From positions 65,116-129,115 of the forward strand of contig CAYGVT010000070.1 of the NCBI GenBank assembly GCA_964353355.1: DNA of 64,000 nucleotides. The letters are read 5' to 3'. Below, piece by piece: positions 54,937 to 64,000 of the stretch. The DNA comes from an uncultured Thermoplasmata archaeon (lineage in GTDB: Archaea > Thermoplasmatota > DTKX01 > GCA-020343715). How positions within the stretch are numbered: position 1 is the first letter of the stretch; the number at the start of each line of letters is the position of its first letter. Below the pieces are notes generated by a model, which was not told the DNA's origin, searched no databases, and saw only the letters and a list, made by a program, of their open reading frames with translations. The translations under genes were made by a program, and so were the position numbers.

Positions 54937-57900
54937 ATGCGCAACGCAAGCTATCTGGTCCTGGGAGCGCTTCTCGCGATCGCGGCCGTGGCCCTCGTGG
55001 CCGCGGCCGACCCGGGCAACACGAACAACCCGCCCACGGAGGAGTGGGTGTTCGACTCCGGCAATGCCGTGACCATCAAGGACAAGACCTGGGACATCGA
55101 GTACTCGATCACCATCACGAACGGCGGCAAGCTGACAATCGACGCCTGCAAATGGACCTTCGAGAGCGCCGACGAGTTCAACCCGGTGTTCATATACGTG
55201 GACATCAACAGCACCCTCGAGATAGTCAACGACTGCGTCCTCGACTCCAACGACGGCACCCCGGGCTACTACATCGAGTGCCACGGCAACCTCAAGGTCA
55301 CCTACTCCGAGCTCACCGACATGGTGCAGAACCCCTCGGTGGAGGGCGGCATCGCCTGCTACGATGCGAACGTGCTGTTCGAGTTCGCGGAGATCCATGA
55401 CAACTGGATGGGCGACATGCTCTTTTTCAAGAACTCGCAGGTGAAGATCGCGAACTCGGACATCCATGATAGCTCCGAGGACGCCATCCGCATATTCGTA
55501 GGCGACAATGAGTTCAACGCCTCCTACAACTGCTCCATCCAGGACAGCGAGGTCTATAACTCGGGCGTTAACTGCGTCGTGCTCTCGGCCTGGACCAACT
55601 ACGGCAACGCCTTCCTTAACGCGTACAACACCAAGGTCCACGACTCGGAGGCGGACGCCTTCACCATCGACGTCGGCGACCACACGGGCTCCGACAACGG
55701 CAACGGCTCCGTGTTCGTGAGCCTCGACCATGTGGAGATATACAACGTCGGCGACCAGGCGATGTACACCTCGTCCCTGTACCAGGTGCAGGGCTCTCCC
55801 GGTCAGAACATGTACAACATCACCCTGAACAACTGCACCATCTACGAGGTGACCAATACCGGCTTCTACGTCCAGCTCTACGGCACGGTGTGCAACTACA
55901 ATCTGGCGCTCTACGACACAACGTTCACCGACATCTCGGTGACGCCGTCGTTCGACCGCGTCGGCGCCATCTGGTGGTGGTTCTACTCGAGCTCCGGCAC
56001 GTCGAACCTTGAGGCCGTCAACTGCATCTTCGACCACTGCAACCCGCCCATGTACATATGGGACTACGGTTCGTGCAACTTCCACTTCGTTGGATGCGAG
56101 TTCAAGAACAACATCCAAGACTGCCTCTTCGACCAGATACAGTCCGGCGCGTCGCAGAGCGCGATGCACGTGGAGAGCTGCAACTTCCACGATAACGAGG
56201 GCTACGGCATCAGGACCGAGGTCATCTACATGTGGCAGGGCGGCGGCGCCCCCATCACCGTCGTCAACTCGACGTTCTCCCGCAACGGACTGCCCTCGCT
56301 GGCGGTCACGACGGTCGGATACGAGTACGCCAGCAACGTCGGCTTCTACGTGGAGGGTTGCCTCATAGAGCACCAGACGGCCTACGCCATCTCGGTCTCC
56401 GCCTACTACCCGCAAGGCCCGCTCGTCGCCCACCTCAACAACACCCGCATCAACGATACGGCGGGCATCTACGTGGGCTTCAATTACGGGTACGGGTGGC
56501 AGAGCCAGCCGACCTGCGACGTGATGCTCGTCAACTCCAGCGTCGAGAACACCACTGGAACCGCAGTGCTCCTCAAGGCCATCGTCTCCTACTACAGCGC
56601 GAAGACCAATCTCATCATGCTGAACAGCACGGTCTCCGTGGCCGGCGGGGACGGCGTGGCCATCCTCATGGACCGCGCGGACCAGTACGGCAAGGGCACG
56701 GGCAACTTCGACTCCAGCGTCGTGATCTCCAACACCACGATAGAGAACGTCAACGGCATCGGGCTCACGATGATGGTGGGGGATGCCACTGAGCTGGGCA
56801 AGAGGACCTTCGTGTTCGACCACAGCCTGGTGTTCGGGGCCCAGCGCGGCGTGTTCAACATGGGCTTCCTCGGGGACATGTACTACTCGGAGATCAAGAA
56901 CACCCTCAAGGAGGACATCTACCAGATCGGCGCAAAGTCCACGCTCTACTACTGCAAGTTCTCGAACATCAACGAGCAGAAGTTCAAGGCACCGTCGGGC
57001 GGCGAGCTCATATTCATCTACGACATGCAGATCTACGTCCTGTGGGACACGGGCGCTCCCGCGCTCGGCGCCAACGTGCAGATCATGGACAACACCGAGA
57101 AGCTCATCTCGGTGCTGACCGTGACGAACGGCACCGGTGCGCTGCCCGTGTTCACAATGACGCCCTACTTCGTGCGCGAGACGGGCATATTCTCGCAATC
57201 GCCCTACGTCATAAACGCGAGCTTCCTATCGGTGGCGAGGACGGTCGGCGTCAGGCTCGACAGCAACAAGGTGGTCACCATCATCATGGAGGACCACTTC
57301 GAGCCGGAGATTTACATCCTCTACCCCAAGGAGAACCACGTCCAGCAGTCCACGACGCTGCAGGTGCGCGGCTCCGCCTGGGACGCCCAGTCGGGCGTGA
57401 GGATGGTGCAGGTCTCGCTGGACGGCGTCGAGTGGGTGAACGCGACCGGCACGCTGAGCTGGAGGGTCTCGTTCGACGTCAGCTCAGAGCTCATCGGGCG
57501 GTTCTCCGGCGTCTTCAACCTGAGGGCGAGGGCGCTGGACCAGGCCGACAACGAGCGGGTGGCGATGGTGCTCATACGCATCGACCCGACCCCGCCGCAG
57601 CTGACCGTGGACTTCCCGTACAACAACTACATCACGAACAACCCCGAGGTCTGGGTGCGCGGCGTCACCGAGATCGGCAGCAAGGTGGAGATCAACTCCG
57701 TGCCGATAGAGCTCGTGGTGTCCATGTTCACCCAGAAGGTGACGCTGGTGGAGGGCCCGAACACCATATCGGTCATCTCCATCGACCCCCTGGGCAACAT
57801 CCAGATCGAGCGGTTGACGGTGTACCTCGACACACAGAAGCCCTACGTCATCCTGACCTCCCCCGAGGCCGAGGGCGCCACGACGAACCTGGCGTTCATC

Positions 57901-59385
57901 GACGTCCAGGCCCAGCTAGAGGAGGCCCTAGACATCACCATCAACGGCCACAAGATCCCCTACGACACCGAGGCCTACCCCAAGGGCACTGGCGAGCTCA
58001 CCTACAAGCTGATGCTCGAGCCCGGCGACAACGTGCTCGTGCTGCAGGCCCTGGACACGGCCGACAACCTGCTCGTCATCGAGAGGACCATCACCTACGA
58101 CACCACGCCGCCCTGGATACAGGTCATCTCCCCGTCCCCGGGCGCCAAGCTCGCCCGCCCCGAGATAACCCTCGTGGGCACGGTCGAGCCCGGAGCCACG
58201 CTGCTCATCGCGGACGAGGATGTGACGGTCCAGAACGGCTACTTCGAGCGCACCATCCTGGGCCTCGAGGGCGAGAACAAGATCAGCCTCAACGCGACCG
58301 ACGCGGCCGGCAATGTCTACCTCGAGACGCTCATAGTCTACGTCGACACAAAGGAGCCGGTCGTGACCATCACCGCCCCGACGGCAGGCCAGGTCATCGT
58401 GAAGGGCACACGGTTCTTCATAAACGGCACCTGTGCTGTCCTCCAGCAGGGCGTCGAGGTCAAGACGGCGACACGGGTGCTGCTCAACGGGCTGCCGTAC
58501 ACCGTCATCGACGACGGCACCGGCCAGCAGGTGAGGATGACCATCACCATGGCCCAGAACGGCTCGTTCTCGATACCCGTGGACCTGCTCGAGGGGAAGA
58601 ACGAGTACACCGTCACCGTCGAGGACGAGGTCGGCAATCACGCGACCGCGAGCCGCACGATACGCCTCGACACGCACGCACCCACGCTCGTGGTCTACAT
58701 CGACCCCGTCTCGCGCAAGGCGGGCGTGCTCGAGTCGACCTCGCAGACCGTCAACATCACCGGCTACACCGACCCCGGCTCCGTCCTCACGGTCATGGGC
58801 ATCCTGGTGCCCATCGCTGACGACGGGACGTTCGTGATGCCCTACGTGCTCAACCCGGCGAGGCAGAAGACCAATATCGAGATCGAATCGGTCGATGTCG
58901 CCGGGAACGTGAGGCTCATCGAGCAGGAGATCACCTTCGCTCCCGTCTCCGAGGAGACGGGCACGGAGAGCAACTGGGGACTGTGGTTCCTGGTGGCCTC
59001 GCTCGTGGTGCTCATCGTCGTCGGCATCGTCTCCGCCTACGTGGTGCGGAGCCGGCGCGACGAGTGGCTCGAGATGGAGGCAGCCAGGGCCACACCCATG
59101 GCCCCTGTCGGCGAGCTGGAGACCGTGACCGCCGAGCCCGACAAGCTGCCGGGCCCCGAGGAGCTGGGCGACAAGAAGGAGCCCCCAAAGGGCCCCGAGG
59201 GACCGGCCCCGACGGCAGCTCCCGCGCGGCCCCGCCCGAGACCACCGCAGCAGGCGAGGAGGACGGCACCTGCCCGCCCCGCGGCCCCGAAGGCCGAGGC
59301 CCCGGAGGGGGACGCCAAGGAGCTCAGCGAGAAGGGGGCGGAATCCGACATGGGGGCCGACGAGACCGATCAGGAGGGATTGTGA
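54937..59385 (+). CDS. Giant surface protein 3 (1482 aa), paralog: signal peptide + beta-helix + about 6 Ig-like repeats + TM + acidic/Pro-rich cytoplasmic tail
   Basis: Signal peptide MRNASYLVLGALLAIAAVALVAAA; beta-helix NxS/NxT-rich repeats; TM LWFLVASLVVLIVVGIVSAYVV; RBS GGGGGAGGTGA. Confidence 0.8.
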   Translation: MRNASYLVLGALLAIAAVALVAAADPGNTNNPPTEEWVFDSGNAVTIKDKTWDIEYSITITNGGKLTIDACKWTFESADEFNPVFIYVDINSTLEIVNDCVLDSNDGTPGYYIECHGNLKVTYSELTDMVQNPSVEGGIACYDANVLFEFAEIHDNWMGDMLFFKNSQVKIANSDIHDSSEDAIRIFVGDNEFNASYNCSIQDSEVYNSGVNCVVLSAWTNYGNAFLNAYNTKVHDSEADAFTIDVGDHTGSDNGNGSVFVSLDHVEIYNVGDQAMYTSSLYQVQGSPGQNMYNITLNNCTIYEVTNTGFYVQLYGTVCNYNLALYDTTFTDISVTPSFDRVGAIWWWFYSSSGTSNLEAVNCIFDHCNPPMYIWDYGSCNFHFVGCEFKNNIQDCLFDQIQSGASQSAMHVESCNFHDNEGYGIRTEVIYMWQGGGAPITVVNSTFSRNGLPSLAVTTVGYEYASNVGFYVEGCLIEHQTAYAISVSAYYPQGPLVAHLNNTRINDTAGIYVGFNYGYGWQSQPTCDVMLVNSSVENTTGTAVLLKAIVSYYSAKTNLIMLNSTVSVAGGDGVAILMDRADQYGKGTGNFDSSVVISNTTIENVNGIGLTMMVGDATELGKRTFVFDHSLVFGAQRGVFNMGFLGDMYYSEIKNTLKEDIYQIGAKSTLYYCKFSNINEQKFKAPSGGELIFIYDMQIYVLWDTGAPALGANVQIMDNTEKLISVLTVTNGTGALPVFTMTPYFVRETGIFSQSPYVINASFLSVARTVGVRLDSNKVVTIIMEDHFEPEIYILYPKENHVQQSTTLQVRGSAWDAQSGVRMVQVSLDGVEWVNATGTLSWRVSFDVSSELIGRFSGVFNLRARALDQADNERVAMVLIRIDPTPPQLTVDFPYNNYITNNPEVWVRGVTEIGSKVEINSVPIELVVSMFTQKVTLVEGPNTISVISIDPLGNIQIERLTVYLDTQKPYVILTSPEAEGATTNLAFIDVQAQLEEALDITINGHKIPYDTEAYPKGTGELTYKLMLEPGDNVLVLQALDTADNLLVIERTITYDTTPPWIQVISPSPGAKLARPEITLVGTVEPGATLLIADEDVTVQNGYFERTILGLEGENKISLNATDAAGNVYLETLIVYVDTKEPVVTITAPTAGQVIVKGTRFFINGTCAVLQQGVEVKTATRVLLNGLPYTVIDDGTGQQVRMTITMAQNGSFSIPVDLLEGKNEYTVTVEDEVGNHATASRTIRLDTHAPTLVVYIDPVSRKAGVLESTSQTVNITGYTDPGSVLTVMGILVPIADDGTFVMPYVLNPARQKTNIEIESVDVAGNVRLIEQEITFAPVSEETGTESNWGLWFLVASLVVLIVVGIVSAYVVRSRRDEWLEMEAARATPMAPVGELETVTAEPDKLPGPEELGDKKEPPKGPEGPAPTAAPARPRPRPPQQARRTAPARPAAPKAEAPEGDAKELSEKGAESDMGADETDQEGL

Positions 59386-62300
59386 ATGACACACCGAAGG
59401 ACATTGACGGGAGCTCTCCTCGTGGTGGCGCTGGCGCTGGCCATCGCAGCGGTGGCCACGCTGCTGCTCGCGACGCCGGCCCATGCGACCATCACCGGGG
59501 ACTCCCCGCCCGCCTCGGGCGACTGGGTCATCAACCAGCTGACGAAGGTGACGGACGAGCCATCCATCAACATCAAAGGGAACATAATAATCAAGAACAA
59601 GCTGGAGATCACCAACAGCAACATCTTCATGGTGCTGACGACGGACAACGAGTACATGGTCAACGTCACGGCAACAGGCGAGCTCGTCACGAGCAAAGGC
59701 ACCATCATCACGGCCGCCAACTCCTACAACGAGTACGGGTTCGTGGTCTGGGGCAAGATGTCCCTCATTGACACGAGGGTGCAGGAGACCTATAAGGGCG
59801 TCCAGGTCCTGACCGACAAGGCGGTGACCATCCAGCGCTCGTTCCTCGAGAGGTCCTACGGTCCCGGCCTCTACCTCGAGAACGCGAACGGCACCAAGGT
59901 CCTCGACTCGACCATCCAGACCGATGATGGTAGCGCTGATGGGTACAGCGAGATAGAATCGACCACCTACAGCAACTACTACATCTACGTCTCGGGCGGC
60001 GGGATGGCTCTCTACATCAAGGGCGGCAAGCCCACCGTATCCGGACTCGACGTTTCCGTCAACGGCACATACACCGCGAACGTCAAGATCACTGACCGGT
60101 ACTACTACTCGTACTACTACACGTACGTCAGCTGCCCGCTCATCGGCATCGACAGCAAGGACCTCTCGGTCATATCCGGCATCAACGTCCGCGACAGCAC
60201 CATCAACTTCAAGACCGTTTGGTCGCTCTACGGCTATGGCATATACGGCTACAGCTACTACTACATGTACCACTACGCCAGCGCCTCCGCCATAAACATC
60301 ATGAACTACGGCGACGCCGAGCTTAAGACCTGCACGGCCACCAACGTGAACGTCGGCTCGATGTCGACGAGCTACTCCTACTACGGCACCAACTACTACA
60401 ACTACGTCTACTTCTACGCCAACCAGAAGCAGGCCATGAAGCTCTACGGTGCGACCATCAACGAGAAGCCCACGACAGCCGGGCCGCACAACTACAAGCT
60501 CACGATCCGCAACGGCGAGTTCGACAGCATAGGCGTGCTGGCGTACTCCATGAGCCCGGGCTACGACGGGACGGTCTCGCCCACGTTCCACTCGGAGGTC
60601 GTCCTCGACAACCTGAGGATAAACGGGGGCTCGTACCCGTTCAGCTTCACGACGTCCCCGACGTTCTCGATGCTCAAGACGTTCGAGAACGATATACACA
60701 TAACCAACTCGACCTTCACGAACATGACGGGCCCCATCTGCCAGCGCGGAGTCTCTCCTGGCCCGGGCACGAGCGCGAACATCCGCACGTTCGAGCTTTA
60801 TGAGACGGTCCACTTCGACAACTGCCTGTTCAGGTGGAACCGCCCGAGCAGCAACGGCCTGTTCTATGAATCCGATTCCTACAGGTACAACGAGTACAAC
60901 AACGTCTACGACCGGTGGGTAGAGGTCTCCAACTCGGACTTCCTGGACCACAACGGCAGGATCGCCTACATCTACTGGAACTACTACACCACGAGGGGCA
61001 ACGAGGGCGTCAATTTCTACGACAACCTCTTCTTCAACTGCACGGGCTCCGACTACCTGATGTACATGTACTACTGCGACAGGCTGTACTTCAACGGGAA
61101 CACCATCCGCGACTGCCGCTACCCATACGGCATCAGGTTCTACGACATGGGCGGCGACTACAACGGCAAGAAGCCGGACGACATCACCCTCAACAACAAT
61201 ACCATAAGGACCAGCCCCTTCCAGGGCTCGTCCGACTACGAGAAGGGCGTCTTCTCCATCACCCACGGTGGCGACCTCGAGGTCCTGGGCAACGACGTGC
61301 AGGACGTGGAGGTCTGCTTCGTGAACATGTACGAGGAGACGCGCTATGCCGGCTACGCTGACATCTTGTTCAGGGAGAACAAGATCTCGCACTGCAACGG
61401 CACCGGGCTCATCATGGCGAACACCTACGACGACCACGTGAACTGCCATGCCTGGGTCGAGAACAACACGGCGACAGACAACAACGGCCCGCTCGTGGAC
61501 TACCAGTCGGACTCCAACGTCGAGAACGCCGACTACGACGCCACGATGTACTTCACGGGGAACACCATCACCGGCACGAACGGCACCGTCTTCAGCAACT
61601 ACGGCTACTTGGTCATCACGGACAACGTGTTCAAGGACTGCAGGGGCTACGTCATCAACGCGGAGCACCTGTACTTGCACCCGCCGGTCATCAAGAACAA
61701 CGTGATATCGGGCTGCCGCGACGTGTACAACATCGGCGCCAAGAACAAGGGCATCCTCAAGATGACCCTCACCATCAAGGACCTCTACGTGGACTGCACC
61801 GGCAACGCGTTCTACTTCAGGAACCTGGACGCGACGCTGGAGCGCGTCACGGTGACCGAGAACGCGACAGTCGCCATCATCGCGGAGGAGTCGAACGTCG
61901 ACGCCGTGAGCAGCTCCATCCCGATAGGCTCCGGCGAGGTCATCGGCGAAGGCAGCATCACCGTCTGGTTCAACCTGGAGGTGTTCGTGTTCTGGTCCAA
62001 CGCGACGGCCCCCGACACGTCCAGCGGCCAACCTGTATCCGAGGCCCTAATCGTGTTCTACGGCAGTACCGGCGTCTATTACCTGTCCGACTACACCGAC
62101 GCGACCGGCCACCTGAGGGCCATCCGCATGCCACAGTGGAACATCAGGGGCACCTTCACGACGATATGGACCCCGATGACCATCACCGTTGCCAAGAACG
62201 GGATCACCATGCCCAGGCAGTTCGACGTGGACAAGGACTACCTGGGCGAGGACGCCTTCCACTTCCTGCTCGCGGACACGTACATCCCGAGGATACTCAT

Positions 62301-64000
62301 CACGTCCCCGTTCCCGGGCGACGTGTTCGCCCTCGAGAACATGACGCTGCACGGCTTCACGACCGAGGTGGGCTCTGGCGTGAAGAAGGTGCAGTCCTAC
62401 TTCACCGACCAGGAGGGCAACGACCTGCCGCCGGTGGCCGTGGCGGTCGACGACAACGGCGACTTCGAGTACACGTTCACGTCGATGCCGGAGGGCACGA
62501 ACATCGTCATGCACGCCGAGGTGTGGGACGTCGCGCTCAACTACAACCACACGACGGTGACCATCGTCATCGACAGGACCGCCCCGACGATGACGGTGAC
62601 GGACCCGAAGGACGGTGACATCAAGTCAGCGGCGCTCATCCACATCCTGGGCACGTACGAGCCCGGGGCGAAGATACGCATCAACGGCCTCGAGAGGGAT
62701 GGCCCCTACACTGGCATCCTCAACGAGGAGTTCACGCTGTCCGAGGGCGGCAACGCAATCGTCGTCGAGGCCGAGGACATGGCCGGCAACGTGGCCACCG
62801 TGGTCCTGACCATCCGCCTCGACAGGTTCGCACCGACGCTCACGGTGCTCGAGCCCCGCGACGGCCTCGTCACGAAGGTGACCAACATCTCCATCGACGG
62901 CGAGGTCGAGCAGGACGCGCGCATCACTGTGTCGGTCTACCGCGACACCACCGACCTCATCGACGAGAAGATTTCGCCCAGGGACGACGGCACCTTCACG
63001 CACAAGGTCGACCTCGCCGAGGGCGTGAACACCATCGTCGTGAGGGCGTGGGACGACGCCCACAACATGGCGGAGTCGACCAGGGTCGTCATCGTCGACA
63101 CGACGGCACCGGGGTGCGAGATCACCTCGCCGAAGGACGGGACGACGACGAACCTGAACACCATCCGCGTGACCGGCAGGGCCGACCTGGGGATGACGCT
63201 CTTCCTCAATGGAAAGCAGATCTTCAACGACGGCACCGTGGACCGCATGGTGAACCTGAACGAGGGCCCCAACATCATCGAGCTGCGCGCGATGGACACC
63301 ATCGGCAACGAGTACCGCCACCGCATCACGGTGACGCTGGACACGAACGCCCCGGCCATCACGATGACCCGCCCGCTGGTCGACTACCTCAAGACCAACG
63401 TCGGCCAGATCGAGGTCGGCGGCATCGTCACGGGCGGCGTGAACACGCTCACCGTGATGGGCCAGGACGTCGCGGTGACCGGCGACCCGGCCGAGTTCTC
63501 GGCCATGGTGACGCTGCCGAGCGAGGGGCTCATCGACGTGATCCTCGAGGCCATGGACAAGGCGGGCAACCGCGCGACGCACACCATCCAGGTCGACTAC
63601 TCGACGGCCAAGCCAGTGCTGAACGTCGTCTACAACCCCGGCATCACGGACGTCAAGTCGGAGGACAGCAATCTCTACATCACAGGGACGACGACGCCCG
63701 GCATCACGGAGGTGACGGTCGCCCACACCAACAAGGACGGGACCATCACCAACACCTACAACGTCGACGAGGCGGGCATGTTCACCATCGTGAGGATCCT
63801 GAAGGCGGGCGACAACACCTTCACCATCATGGTGACGGACTCCTACGGAAACGACGCGGAGACGTCGCCGTACCTGGTGAAGTACACCTACAAGGCGCCC
63901 TCCGGCGACACCGTCGGGGGTGGCGGGATCGATCCCGGCGCCGTGTCGGGCATCATCCTCGCCATCTCAATCGCGCTGCTGGTGACCGTGGTCGTGGTGA
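59386..64000 (+). CDS. Giant surface protein 4 (partial, more than 1538 aa; runs off window end), paralog with Tyr-rich beta-helix and Ig-like repeats; TM begins at window edge
   Basis: ATG directly abuts the TGA of gene 3; RBS CAGGAGGG 8 nt upstream; signal peptide MTHRRTLTGALLVVALALAIAAVATLLLATPAHA; the open frame continues to nt 64000 (not in the ORF track because no stop in window). Confidence 0.75.
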   Translation, partial: MTHRRTLTGALLVVALALAIAAVATLLLATPAHATITGDSPPASGDWVINQLTKVTDEPSINIKGNIIIKNKLEITNSNIFMVLTTDNEYMVNVTATGELVTSKGTIITAANSYNEYGFVVWGKMSLIDTRVQETYKGVQVLTDKAVTIQRSFLERSYGPGLYLENANGTKVLDSTIQTDDGSADGYSEIESTTYSNYYIYVSGGGMALYIKGGKPTVSGLDVSVNGTYTANVKITDRYYYSYYYTYVSCPLIGIDSKDLSVISGINVRDSTINFKTVWSLYGYGIYGYSYYYMYHYASASAINIMNYGDAELKTCTATNVNVGSMSTSYSYYGTNYYNYVYFYANQKQAMKLYGATINEKPTTAGPHNYKLTIRNGEFDSIGVLAYSMSPGYDGTVSPTFHSEVVLDNLRINGGSYPFSFTTSPTFSMLKTFENDIHITNSTFTNMTGPICQRGVSPGPGTSANIRTFELYETVHFDNCLFRWNRPSSNGLFYESDSYRYNEYNNVYDRWVEVSNSDFLDHNGRIAYIYWNYYTTRGNEGVNFYDNLFFNCTGSDYLMYMYYCDRLYFNGNTIRDCRYPYGIRFYDMGGDYNGKKPDDITLNNNTIRTSPFQGSSDYEKGVFSITHGGDLEVLGNDVQDVEVCFVNMYEETRYAGYADILFRENKISHCNGTGLIMANTYDDHVNCHAWVENNTATDNNGPLVDYQSDSNVENADYDATMYFTGNTITGTNGTVFSNYGYLVITDNVFKDCRGYVINAEHLYLHPPVIKNNVISGCRDVYNIGAKNKGILKMTLTIKDLYVDCTGNAFYFRNLDATLERVTVTENATVAIIAEESNVDAVSSSIPIGSGEVIGEGSITVWFNLEVFVFWSNATAPDTSSGQPVSEALIVFYGSTGVYYLSDYTDATGHLRAIRMPQWNIRGTFTTIWTPMTITVAKNGITMPRQFDVDKDYLGEDAFHFLLADTYIPRILITSPFPGDVFALENMTLHGFTTEVGSGVKKVQSYFTDQEGNDLPPVAVAVDDNGDFEYTFTSMPEGTNIVMHAEVWDVALNYNHTTVTIVIDRTAPTMTVTDPKDGDIKSAALIHILGTYEPGAKIRINGLERDGPYTGILNEEFTLSEGGNAIVVEAEDMAGNVATVVLTIRLDRFAPTLTVLEPRDGLVTKVTNISIDGEVEQDARITVSVYRDTTDLIDEKISPRDDGTFTHKVDLAEGVNTIVVRAWDDAHNMAESTRVVIVDTTAPGCEITSPKDGTTTNLNTIRVTGRADLGMTLFLNGKQIFNDGTVDRMVNLNEGPNIIELRAMDTIGNEYRHRITVTLDTNAPAITMTRPLVDYLKTNVGQIEVGGIVTGGVNTLTVMGQDVAVTGDPAEFSAMVTLPSEGLIDVILEAMDKAGNRATHTIQVDYSTAKPVLNVVYNPGITDVKSEDSNLYITGTTTPGITEVTVAHTNKDGTITNTYNVDEAGMFTIVRILKAGDNTFTIMVTDSYGNDAETSPYLVKYTYKAPSGDTVGGGGIDPGAVSGIILAISIALLVTVVVV

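Noticed and set aside
46256-62031. Very long minus-strand ORFs (1372, 667, 772, 1367 aa) opposite the surface-protein array
   Set aside because: Antisense to genes with signal peptides, RBSs, repeat architecture and translational coupling; their translations are His/Arg/Asp/Val low-complexity
1-64000. Search for tRNA, rRNA, CRISPR arrays, integrase/transposase genes
   Set aside because: No tRNA-like T-arm/acceptor signatures, no rRNA-like conserved stretches, no regularly spaced 25-40-bp direct repeats with unique spacers, and no recombinase motifs were seen in any frame

Overview
This is a high-GC (about 65-70%) archaeal chromosomal segment, probably from a euryarchaeal or Thermoplasmatota-like lineage. 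The calls rest on archaeal-type ProRS, PheS-alpha, AspRS, Orc1/Cdc6, Elp3, Tsr3, Sec11-type signal peptidases, and a GGR-ferredoxin-radical-SAM lipid operon. I found no rRNA, tRNA, CRISPR array or integrase.

The window holds about 44 genes in three blocks. From 1 to 27 kb there is a housekeeping block: three aaRS genes, FKBP, TldD/PmbA, an XPD helicase, guaA-A, an epimerase, mevalonate kinase, an ABC transporter, Tsr3, a membrane-lipid operon (radical SAM Tes-like / ferredoxin / GGR with a divergent TrmB regulator) and gcvPA/PB. From 27 to 44 kb there is a mixed block: a CARDB surface protein, Elp3, an RHH + KaiC-like ATPase pair, an EndoIII-like glycosylase, HflX, Orc1/Cdc6 with ORB-like origin boxes and a nearby AT-rich island, two tandem signal peptidase I paralogs, dCMP deaminase, TPR, a zinc-ribbon protein and RlmE. 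From 44 to 64 kb there is an array of four giant (about 1500-1940 aa), translationally coupled, paralogous type-I membrane-anchored surface proteins (beta-helix head + Ig-like repeat stalk + C-terminal TM). The fourth runs off the window end.

The most interesting candidates are: a putative replication origin (ORB elements / AT-rich DUE) around orc1/cdc6-hflX; the four-gene giant surface-protein array, which includes a possible frameshifted start; an XPD helicase with an N-terminal Hjc-like degenerate nuclease domain; a G-rich 13-bp tandem repeat between tldD and pmbA; and a zinc-ribbon module shared by three membrane proteins. Many very long ORFs in the six-frame track are antisense or run-on artefacts of high GC and were rejected.
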